From Curvularia clavata (Eukaryota): a stretch of DNA of 64,000 nt. Made by a program: the position numbers and the translations under genes. The notes beneath the pieces are model-generated. The model was not told the DNA's origin, did not search any database, and saw only the letters and a program-made list of their open reading frames with translations. This document shows positions 26,259 through 36,964 of the stretch, in pieces. How positions within the stretch are numbered: position 1 is the first letter of the stretch; each line of letters starts with the position of its first letter. The stretch lies in assembly GCA_023920165.1 (NCBI GenBank), contig CP089279.1:682001-746000 (forward strand), in the 5' to 3' direction.

Positions 26259-28805
26259 ATGGCCAACACGTTTTACGGTTCCTGGAATGCCAATAACGCG
26301 ATCCCAGCTCCACAATGTATGGCTGGTGGGATCATGAACTTCAACTTCGGCTCCGACCGACCTGGCAACGATGGGACGCGTTCGCATCGCCAGCTCGAGC
26401 CTTTCTCGACGGTACCATTTCCACCGGACCCAGACTTTGTCGATCGACCTGAGATACTCGGGTGGCTGCACAAGATGTGCGTGGGAAATGGTAACCGGGC
26501 AGCGCTGGTGGGTTTCGGTGGGGTAGGGTACGTATGTTGTTGTCGATGTCGACGTTTCCTGTTGCATGGTCCAATATTGACATGTAATAGAAAATCGCAG
26601 TTGGCGATACAGTTCGCCCATAGTATTCACGATGCCAGCCCACAGACATTTGTTTTCTGGGTGCATGCCAGCAGCCGCACTCAATTTGAGAAGGCGTATA
26701 GAGAGATCGCGGACCGTTTACAGCTGCCAGATAGGAACGATCCCAATAAAAACGTACTGATGCTAGTGAGCAACTGGTTGCGAGATAAGGCAAATGGACA
26801 GTGGTTCATGGTGCTGGATAACGTGGACCAAGAAGACATCTTCTCCTCGCCACGGAAGCGCCGACTAGATGAGGCGAATGCCGACGCGCAGACTTCTTTA
26901 GACATTTACCTCCCCCAAAGCCGCAATGGATCGATACTGGTCACGTCAAGAAACAGAGATGCGGCGGTGGAGCTGGTAGGTTCCAATAGGATCAAAGAGG
27001 TGCTCGCCATGGACAAGAAAGAAGGTCTCCAACTGCTTCGCAAAAAGCTATGTCAGCCGCCGTCCAAGGAGAGTGCTGTAAAGCTGCTGTTTACGCTAGG
27101 TCATGTACCTCTCGCCATCACCCAGGCATCTGCGTACATCAATCGACGTGTGCGTATGTCAATCACAGAATATCTAGACGGTTTCCACAGAGACAACAAG
27201 GAACGAGAGAGGCTGCTCAGCTGGGATTCAAGCGATTTGCGCCGAGACAAGAGCGCGTCGAATTCTATTTTAACGACATGGCAGATGTCATTTGAGCAGA
27301 TTCGACACGAGCGACCGTCAGCGGCTGAGCTGTTATCGCTAATGAGCTTTTTCAATTCCCGGGGCATACCGGACTGGATACTGCGGAAATCCAGAAAGAA
27401 ATCTGCGGGAGCAGCTGCTCGAAGAAATTCCCGTAATGAAGGAGAAGATGAAGACGTGGACAGCGAATTGAACGAGGACCTGGACATTCTGCGGGCATAC
27501 TCACTAATATCAGCGACTGCAGAAAATGACTCGTATGAGATGCACCCTCTAGTGCAGTTCTGCATGCGAGCCTGGCTATCTTCTTTTGGCGAGGTTGATC
27601 GGTGGCACCATGAGTTTGTGGTTCTAATGGACCAAGAGCTGTGTCCGCCGAGCCATGATAACTTGGTGAGATTCTCGCAGTTATTTCCCCACATAGAACC
27701 GGTATTTAACAGCACACCATCTAAAGAGACGCTAAGAGCATGGGCAAGAGTGCTGTGCGGCACAGCGGTTTATGTTTCCAGAAAAGGACGCTTCACTACT
27801 GCGCAACATGTAGTAGAGAAAGCACTGTCTGTCACAGAGAACGCCCTGGGTTTCAATGATGACTTTACGCTTGGTATCGCAGCGGTCTTGATGCATATCC
27901 TAGTATGGCTAGACCTTCTCCATGAGGCAGAAGAGATTGGTCAGCGAGTGCTACAAGGGTACCAGGAGCTAGGAAAGCAAGACCTTTTCACATTCTGCGT
28001 CGCTAAAGAGCTAGCGAAAATAATGAGGGAACAGGGCAGGTACGAGGAGTCGAAAAAGCTTGTTCAACAAATAACAGAGTCGCACAAAGAAGAGCGTAAT
28101 CCTTTCATATTGGGTAATCAAGCTGGTATATTGAAAGACCTAGGCCAGTTAGAGGAGGCAGAGAAACTCTTCAGGCAAGCGATGGAAAGGTGTAAGGAAC
28201 AGCTAGGAGAGCATCATGCCGACATGCTCTGGCTTACGTCTAGTCTAGCAAGAGTGCTGTCAAAGCAGGGTCGGTGGCTAGAGGCAGAAACGTTTCTTCG
28301 GCAAACATTAGAAGTAAGCAAGGAACGGCTAGGAGAGCGTCACCCCGAAACACTGGAGAATATTCTCTTTCTAGCAAAAGCACTAGAACATCAAGGCCAA
28401 TTTGTAGAGGCAGAGAAACTCTTCTGGCAAGCGATAGAGGGTTTTGGAGAGTTAGCAGAGGATGATTTCAGGACACTCTTCGCTATGGACGAGTTAGCAA
28501 CAATGCTAATAGCTCAGGAAAGGTACGAGGAGGCAGTGCAGCTAGTACGACAAGCACGGGAAGTGTATAGAAACATAGACGAACCCGGCGTTCCAACAAC
28601 ACGGTGTGCCAAATTCCTTGCTTATCTTCTGCTGGACCTCAATCAACATACAGAAGCAATGGAGCTATATCAACAAGTGTACAGTGGGTACATGTCATGT
28701 TGTGGACCTGAGAACCCACAAACCATAAAGTGTTACGAAGATCTCGCAACACTGCAACAACAGATGCAGCAAGCGGGTTCAGATGAAGTAACAGTCTCTG
28801 TCTAG
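26259..28805 (+). CDS. Fungal NLR-like protein: short N-terminal motif, NB-ARC-type P-loop NTPase, TPR repeats
   Basis: First ATG 26259. VPFPPDPDFVDR, Walker A GFGGVG|KSQ split by intron 26528-26590, Walker B WFMVLDNVD, ILVTSR, GHVPLAITQA, MHPLVQ, then TPR units such as LARVLSKQGRWLEAETFLRQTLEVSKERLGERHPET. No N-terminal effector domain. Confidence 0.92.
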   Translation: MANTFYGSWNANNAIPAPQCMAGGIMNFNFGSDRPGNDGTRSHRQLEPFSTVPFPPDPDFVDRPEILGWLHKMCVGNGNRAALVGFGGVGYVCCCRCRRFLLHGPILTCNRKSQLAIQFAHSIHDASPQTFVFWVHASSRTQFEKAYREIADRLQLPDRNDPNKNVLMLVSNWLRDKANGQWFMVLDNVDQEDIFSSPRKRRLDEANADAQTSLDIYLPQSRNGSILVTSRNRDAAVELVGSNRIKEVLAMDKKEGLQLLRKKLCQPPSKESAVKLLFTLGHVPLAITQASAYINRRVRMSITEYLDGFHRDNKERERLLSWDSSDLRRDKSASNSILTTWQMSFEQIRHERPSAAELLSLMSFFNSRGIPDWILRKSRKKSAGAAARRNSRNEGEDEDVDSELNEDLDILRAYSLISATAENDSYEMHPLVQFCMRAWLSSFGEVDRWHHEFVVLMDQELCPPSHDNLVRFSQLFPHIEPVFNSTPSKETLRAWARVLCGTAVYVSRKGRFTTAQHVVEKALSVTENALGFNDDFTLGIAAVLMHILVWLDLLHEAEEIGQRVLQGYQELGKQDLFTFCVAKELAKIMREQGRYEESKKLVQQITESHKEERNPFILGNQAGILKDLGQLEEAEKLFRQAMERCKEQLGEHHADMLWLTSSLARVLSKQGRWLEAETFLRQTLEVSKERLGERHPETLENILFLAKALEHQGQFVEAEKLFWQAIEGFGELAEDDFRTLFAMDELATMLIAQERYEEAVQLVRQAREVYRNIDEPGVPTTRCAKFLAYLLLDLNQHTEAMELYQQVYSGYMSCCGPENPQTIKCYEDLATLQQQMQQAGSDEVTVSV
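27960..28750 (+). repeat. Degenerate ~42-aa TPR repeat array of the NLR
   Basis: Recurrent LA..L..QG...EAE.L..QA.E and LGE.H units; recurrent DNA words such as gaggcagagaaactcttc and ctaggagagc. Confidence 0.75.
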
Positions 28806-31800
28806 CTGACACAACGTACCTCCCAACAATAGCAATCTGCGAGGGTAGTCCAAGTTTGAAATTGCATATATCGTAGTACCTATTTTTCCAAGTATTTCAA
28901 GATTCTGTGGAGTTAATACAATACATAATCGCATCAATGTGTCTCTTCAAAAATCTCTACATTGCTTCGAATTCCATTTGAACATTTTTCTTGATTGATG
29001 TGCGTCGTGGTTCAGCAATTGCATTACCAATTCAACTCTTATTAACGATATCATGCATGATTGTCTTTCGCAGTATACTACATTAAGGAGGCATCCTTAC
29101 GAAAATACAAGTATCGTTTTGATCTTGGTGGAGGTACTAAGCATTTTCAATGTGTCTTCACTTCGCATATTCACGTCACCCAACCAGACCTTGTGCCTCA
29201 AACCGAATCCGCTCTCAGCAAACCCAATGACATCTGGGTTCAGTTATGGCCATCTTCTAGTAAGGTGAGAAGCGATGTAACTTGGACTAGTCTCTAGTCG
29301 CAAGGGTTGCGACACGTACGAGCAACATGACGTTCTTTTTTGTGGTTGTTTCACTTGGTAACATCCAATTTTCTGTCGACTCTATAGTAAGCCGGCATAT
29401 CCAGCAGGTGGAGTTGAAACAACATTACTCCAAGTTACAGACAGATGTTAAGTATTTACTCTTCCCATATGGTTACGATGACCTTAACGAACAAGAAGCA
29501 GAGTGTGCTGTTTGGAAAAGCTACTTGTGCTACAGTAATTGGATAAGAGCGTCAAACCGAAAAAATTTACTCATCCTACAGTATTTGGTGATAGACGACC
29601 TGAATGCTAGCCTGGGCAACAGATCGAATACCATTCAAGTAGTTCTTTGATGCCATCTCGGTATAGTTCACAGAATCCAGGCGTTGCTCCAGGATTTGGA
29701 GTTTGTTCCTTAATTCACTGCGCGTTGAGGTCTACCCAGAACAGCTTTCTATCAATGAGTTCATGAAAATTCCTGGGCATAGTTCGTTAGCCTCTAGGAG
29801 CTGAAATATTATTTGTTTCAATTCATATAGTCTCATGTATTGTACGTAAAGTCTGTATATGTGATAAATTTGATGGCCAAGTACATGATGAATATTCTGT
29901 ATCTACTTATGAGCTTAATATGATCTACAAAAGCTATATATGTCTTGAAGAATTGGCCAAGGTACACATAATACGCACATTTTATCTGACGTGTCATTGC
30001 AGTTGCGTAGTCTAATTTGCATGTTTGTATTAGAAAAAAAAAAGTAAGCTTCTCACTCTATCACAATGAATATTTCTCTTGGTATTAGGTACCAGCATCT
30101 CCATCTTTCGTAACGAGCCCCATCAATTATCTGCTCCTCCAGAATATACTCTACCCAGCATACCATCCCTACGTTCCCAACCTCCACCTAAACAGCTCAC
30201 TCTGCACGCCCACAAGTCTCTACAATCACGTGCAGCCTCAGCTCAAGCCCAACCACACTCCCAACCCAAACCCAAACATCACCTTACCGCATATTCCCCT
30301 TCCGGTCTCTCACTCCTCTAGTCTCCCAGTAAAAGCCGCATCGCCGGACGCATTCCTCACCTCTCTCACTTCACCGGAACGACGTAACGAACTAACCCCA
30401 GAAAAAACCACATATTATGTGCGTGACCCCCACACCAGCCTTCTTCCCCCCACAGAGACCAAAGGGCATAAACGCACCTAATAGCCCTAAAAAGGATACC
30501 AAAAAGCAAACACCAGTCATCACCGGGCCACATGGAGAGCCAAGCCAAGCAGCGATAGGAAAAAGCAACGTACATAAGAGTATCCAAGAACGGAATTTTC
30601 CCTCTGCGGCTCTGAAGCTCCGTCAGTCAGCCATTACATTGCTTTTTACCGGTGACAAGTTTCCTTAGTGGGGTTTTTCATTCCTGTTTTTTTTCAAATG
30701 CCCTATTGCCTACACCGCACTGTACCAAAGCCCTAATACTCTTAGCGTTTTCCCTAAACATGTATGTAGGTAAGCATTAACCAAACCTCGGTGTATTTTT
30801 TTTGTTTCTACTCGACGTTGCAAGAAGCAAAGAAAGAAAAAGTGTCCTTGGGCCAAAAAGGAATCCCGAAGCAAAGTATTGGCGCCCTGCCCCCCTCCAA
30901 AAAAAAGCGCGTGGTCGAATTTCGTTCTCACACCGCTATGTCATGCGTGTCGTCACCGTGCCTAGTGCCTATGTTACTTGATGTATTCGAACTCTTACAC
31001 ATGACTGATTTTTTTTTTGCTTTACTTTGGGCTAGTAAACAAAGAAGCTTTCTAGAAAAGTCCTAGGTATACATACTTAGATCCCAGATCCTAGTCTGGC
31101 ATGTGTCTGTAAGGCAGACGGTTGCTTTTCCACCAAGCCCACACCCCAACCCTGGCAACTCGTGCCTACTTTTGCTTTCCTTTTTAGCAACGACCACATG
31201 CGGTACATGGACATACCGACTTCTTCTATTTTGCATGTTGAATCGAGAGATCGATTGCGATGATGCATGCACGGACAGACGGAGGGACGGAAGGGTTGAG
31301 GGCAACGGTGAAGGGGACGGACGCGGACGGGTGTACCTGGAAGAGAAAAGGTTATGCGGTGAGCGCAAGGTGAGCTGGGCGGATGTTTACGGAAGAAGGG
31401 ACAGGAAAGGGGTAAGAGGGAAGATTGTGTTTTGCTGAGGTTGAGTTGAGTGATTGAACAGAGAAGTGAAGGGATTGGGGACTGGACTTGGATAGTATGT
31501 AGTTCAGATAGATGGATAGAGCTAGAATGAAAAAATGAGAAACAAGATGCCATTGACGTAGGTGTTGCAGCTAGTTACTCCAGCCGTTTCCACCTCTCCA
31601 TCGGACACTTTTGCTCTTTCTACCCGAGAACATTCTCATTCCCATGTCCATACCTCCTACAATCCTTCTTTGCATCATCTTGTTTGTTTATTTGTTCACA
31701 TCTCAGCAACACATGTCTCTTTTCCCCTATTCTCCTGAGCCGTTGCCAAAAAGAGAGATATCTACGCTCAACTATTCTTCCTTGCGTTTTAATTAACCAT

Positions 31801-34800
31801 CTTTTTTGGCGTTGTAGGCATAAATTGTCCGTGGACGAAGAAGCAAAACGACTACTTAGCACAGGGAAAAGCAAGTGTAGTTAAAGCTCCCCATGGCAAC
31901 AGGTCACCTGTTTAGCTAAAGTTTGGTACACCCAACGGCCTTTGTGGTAGGTGACCGCAATTTACACTCCACACGGACATTTATCGAATCCGATGGGCGG
32001 CATCAACACAGGCCATGTTATCATGCATGTACGATCGGAATTTGCATCCGAAACTTTCATGGCCTCTGGTTCTACGTATTGGCGGTGGGTAAAGCGCAAG
32101 TGAGATTGTGAGATGCTTGTTTCTTGTTATCGTAAGTTTACAGTGGCATGATCCGAGTCACAGTGCCGTTTTGGGTCAAGAGTAAAAGGCAAATGCATCT
32201 ACAGTGGATGACAAAGCATCAATAATTATCTCGTTTCGAGGTATTGACTTGTCCTTGCGCTGGGATCGAGATGGGAAACTCTTTCCCTCCTACTAGGCTT
32301 CCCTGATATGCAGGTCTCGCGGCCATTGTGACCTCTCAGCAGACAGTGCTCGCCAGAGCTTCCTGACCGACTACTCCATGTCATGTACTTGTTGACAGCG
32401 GTCAGTCCCGACAGCCGCATCCCCGTCGTGTAGTGTGTCAACGTCTCGAGACTATTGCTCTATACACAAATAGTCAATCATGAACTAAGCCTTCAACTCC
32501 AACCCCAGCACGGGGCGCTGGCCGGCATCCGCGGCCGCTAACTGTACTGGCTACAATGCACCCTTACATAGACGATCCCGTAGGATTACCGTTGTGCCGC
32601 CAAGCGAGGCTCGATCCTGTTATTCCCGCGGCGTGGAAGCGCGAAAATCTACTGTACAGCGGCTTAAGATAGCAACATGGCAGTCGGCACAACGTCGGCT
32701 TTGGCTTTCACCCCACGCCGGTCCCAGTCCCCCATGTAGTCAAAAGCCGACTCCGATTCAAAGCGACAAGACTTTGGTGGGCTCCACAGGGCGGGCGTGG
32801 GGTGAGGGCGGCCGCAGCCACAGTTAGCAAACCATTAATGTTCAGCGCGCCGGCAATTGGTCAGCGTCATAACGTTTGTTAAACGTAAATTCGAGGCACA
32901 TTCCGTTGTCGGTGACGCATAGTCTACCATTCGCTGATGCCGGAGTCGCGACCGTGGCGGTAACTTGGCGTCAGAAGCTTAGTGCAAAGTGCGGCAGCAT
33001 GGCGCATCTTAGCGGCTTTGGCCAGCCTAGGTCGAGATTTCGGACGTGCATCCTTCGCTTGAGCACAAAGTGGGATAATGAAACAAGCGGAATCAGGGTA
33101 TGATACGAGCCTTGACGACGAAGTCGGCGCATCGGAACGGGGCTCGCAGAGCAGCCGGGAGGCGGACCATGGGACTAAGCACCGCCGTGCATCCTCCTAT
33201 TCCTGGCAGAGAATTCAAGAAAGTGGTAATCAAACTTGGCAGGGCGTTCATGTCCGCGGGCTGCATAGCGGCCATGATGCGAGAAAGCATGAGGCAGGAG
33301 AACGCCAGTGGTGGAGAAAAAGCTATTCATGTAGTGCCACCGTCGAGACCTTGAACGCCAGCGCTCCCACGCTCCACGGACGCGTACTTGCACAAATTCT
33401 CTTTTCCGCTAGATGGATTTGAGCCTTGAAATTTTACGGCGAAACGTAAGAGGCGCGGGCCAAGGGTCGGGGTCACATGAGTGGCTTGCGGGTTCGCTCG
33501 CCAAAAAAAAAAGTCTTGACAACGCTGTAAACGGTCAGTAACAAGGTGGGTGCAGTTTGCGAGCGAGAGCGAAGAGGGGCGGCGACGAGGGTGGGAGGGG
33601 GTAGAATCCTATGTACCAAGTACCTGCAACGGCAGCTTTATAGCAGAGCCACTCAGACGCATGTTTGCTAGGCCCGTGGAGCAAGTCGGCATGCCGTTGA
33701 GTTCGCAATCACACCATACTATGCGGGAGCTGGATTGAGTAAAACCGTCCATCTCAAAACAGCGTGCCAGGCCACGACGGTCCCGCTTGGTGACGATGGC
33801 GTGCAGGGGGAGCCCGGAAGACCAGATCGGGTACGCCACTGGCTAGCGAGCCGTAGGCTGTCGCAGCTGAGGGGTTTTGTACGGGTGGACAAGTGGTGCA
33901 GCGGGACGCAAGCCCATTCGCGGGCTCGGTAAGCGAGTCATTGAGAGCAAATACCGTGCGCATAACGGTTTCGGTCTGCTGGTTCATTGTACGAGTTTGC
34001 TGTGAGGTCGCATAGCCAAACTCCAAGATATGGTGTCAATATGTCTATTGATGACGGCTTGCCTCTAGCTGATGATGCTGAGGCAAGGCACCCTATCGGG
34101 ATGCATGATGCACTACTCTGCGGCAACACGTAAGCGGGGCTGATGGTCGCCCTTCCGCGAGCGCGCACTACCTGATCTGACGACGATCCATATCAGAGGC
34201 GTTGGGAGCCTTGCCATGGAGCGTATCACACCCTGAATTGTGGCCTGGTTTGAGTTATCAATGATGGTAGGTGGACGAGTTGCATGTCGACTGGCATGTT
34301 TCACAGCATGTGCTAGCCCATGGCACAAGACGCCTGTATGCCCAGTTGATACACAAATCACGACCTAGAGTGGAACCGGTTGACCGTTTGCGCCAGTGCC
34401 TCCACGGCCTCGCCACCCACGACTGATCGGTATGCCGGGCACACTAGCGATACGACATCCTCGATGGGTCTCTATATCTCTCTCCCTTTCTGTACGTAAC
34501 ATGCGTAGATAGGAGAGTTAGTTTGCTGTATGCTGCAGCATGGCTGTGCAAAAATTCTCCGAGCCGTCGAGGTCGACTGTTATTTGTTCATTTGGCGCTG
34601 GGCCTTGTGAATGACTTGCAGGTGTTGGTGAAACGGTTCCGGAAGCGCAGTGTGATGAGCCAGCCGTGGGCATATCGAATCAAATGCAGACGCGACGTGA
34701 CGGGGAGAGGCGAGAGGCTTTGGAGGGCGGGACAGTGTCTACTGTACTGCGTGTCATCCTTCCACAGCCGCATCGGCAGGACAATTGTCGCGCGGCATTC

Positions 34801-36964
34801 TCATGGCTTACTGTGCATGCACACACTGTGTAGCCATGGATGGTTCATGCAGGCATACGTGCTCACAAAGGGCAAGTCGACGACTCCGCAATTCACAGTC
34901 AGTCTTGCAGCGTGAGCCATGGTCCACTTTGTCAAGGCAGCCTCTCCCCAAGCGCTGTGCTATCAATGAGCTATCTACCCGCTGTGCGACGGTCAGGCTT
35001 GGCATAGATGCTAGCTACCGACGTTGGCCCACTATCTGGAGATGGGTGAGGCCTCCCAATCTTGGTGTGGGCGTGCATTGGGGACATCTGGCCATGTGGA
35101 GCCAAGACGAATCAGACATGTCAATGTGTTCACGCAGAAGCAGACATGGAGTATGGTTGTCGGGCCCGCTTTGCAAAAGACGTACGAGGGGGGGGGGGGG
35201 GGGGGTAGTGGCTTTGCCTGTAGTGGGCCTAGTGTGATTGCCGCACATGTATAATTGCCTCTTGCTATAGTCGGGCTGAGACGGGGCCTCTTTGCTGTCG
35301 AGCGTGGTGGAGTAGTTTGTGGCCTCAGCAAAGAGGGCAGGCAGGTAACAAGGCGAGTCCATGGCAGAAAGTAGGAGACGGTTGGTGGTGCATGCCGACA
35401 AAGGTCCAATGAGCGTTTGGACGCCAAAAAGACGGACAGAAGCGTGGTCGATCAAGGGAGAAGAAAAAAAGCACAACGCAAAAGGTGCAATTGAGTCTAA
35501 TGGGTGGGTTCCGAGAAACTCAGCGGTGAGCGGGGACTGGAACGTGGGGATTGGCAAATGGCAAGGCCGGGGCGGTGGTTAGCATGAGAAGGGCGGAGCG
35601 CTGTCGCGGCGCAAAGTTTATCAAGGCTGACGAGCATCAGCGAAGGCATAGCCTGGCGAGGGGGGACGGGACAGGCGGCAGGGCGGGCAGAGAGGGTTTG
35701 TGGTGTTGTTGTTGCTGCTGCTGCTGGTGCAGGCACAATACGAGGGATTCGAGGCCAGGCTTGGCTCGGTTTGCCGGATGCGCGGCCAAGGCGTCGGCTG
35801 GAGAGGATCGGAGAGAGGGTTGGGCCGGCTGCACGGGGGCTGCTGCAGTGCTTTGATTGAGGACACGGCAGCCGACAGCAGCCGCCCTGGGCCTGGGTGT
35901 CGTGGTTCTCGCGCCCACGCCCGTTCAGGTTCAGGCTGTGGTGCTGGGGCGGGCAGGGAACAGGGAAGAATCTGCAGCTAGCCATGGGCGGGGGGTGGCC
36001 GGGGGCCCGTGGGCGCTGAGGTTCAGGTACATCTCCCGCGGTGGAGCGCATGAGTTTCGCAATCAGAGGGCGTAGCGTAGCGCCAGAGGAGGCGGCGCGC
36101 GCAGGCGCGAGCAGGGCCTGGCTGGTCATTTGGAGAGGGACGCAGCGAAAAAAATCGAGCCATGATGCGGCTTGGAGTAGGCGGGGGCCCAGCCGTCTGG
36201 CGCACCGGCGCGCCGCCTGAGGGCAGCAGTGAAGTGGGCCGGCATGGGCAGCCGAGACGATTCGCTATACAGCAGCAGAGTGGTCGTCGTGGTAGTGGTC
36301 GTGTCGTTCGCAGGGCAGGGATGGCTGACGTTGGCTGGACTGGACTCGAGGCAGTGGGCCAAGCAGAGAAATAGCGATAATCCACTCTTTCCCTCGCCCT
36401 CTGTCGCTCCCCTCCCTCCACACCCCGCCCTCAGCATACATACACAGACTACACACACATACTCAACGCCGCTACCAGCTGCCCGACTGCACGCTGCCCT
36501 ATTCTCTCTGCTTGCCCTGCCCTGCCCTGCCCTGCCCTGCCGCCCCTGACGCATCCCCCGCCTGCCGACAACAGCGGTGCGCAGCTTGGCTCGCGCTCCC
36601 GTCTGGTTGGACGATAGCCGGACGGGCCCTATCACCCTCGACAGCAGCCCTCTCTCTGCCAGGCCTTGGACGCCGCCCTCCCTTGGTTCTGCCACCAGAC
36701 CCCTCACCCCAGGAGGCCACCGCTCATTGGCACCCGCGACCCAAGCCTTATAGTCGCACGCCTGTCTCTGTCTCCGACTTTTCATCTTGCCAGCTGCTCC
36801 CGTCCACCTTCGTTTATCTCCGTCGATCCGCCGTGGGACCCTCACCCGGCCCACTATTCCTTCCTCCTCCTCCACCACCTCTCTCTCCCACTGCTACCAC
36901 CACCACCAACATTACTCGCATTGCTGCTACTACTGCTGCTGCTGCACCCCCACCGCCCGCCGCC

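Noticed and set aside
32500..36500. Many 60-250-aa ORFs on both strands
   Set aside because: GC-rich low-complexity sequence, no domains or consistent codon bias.
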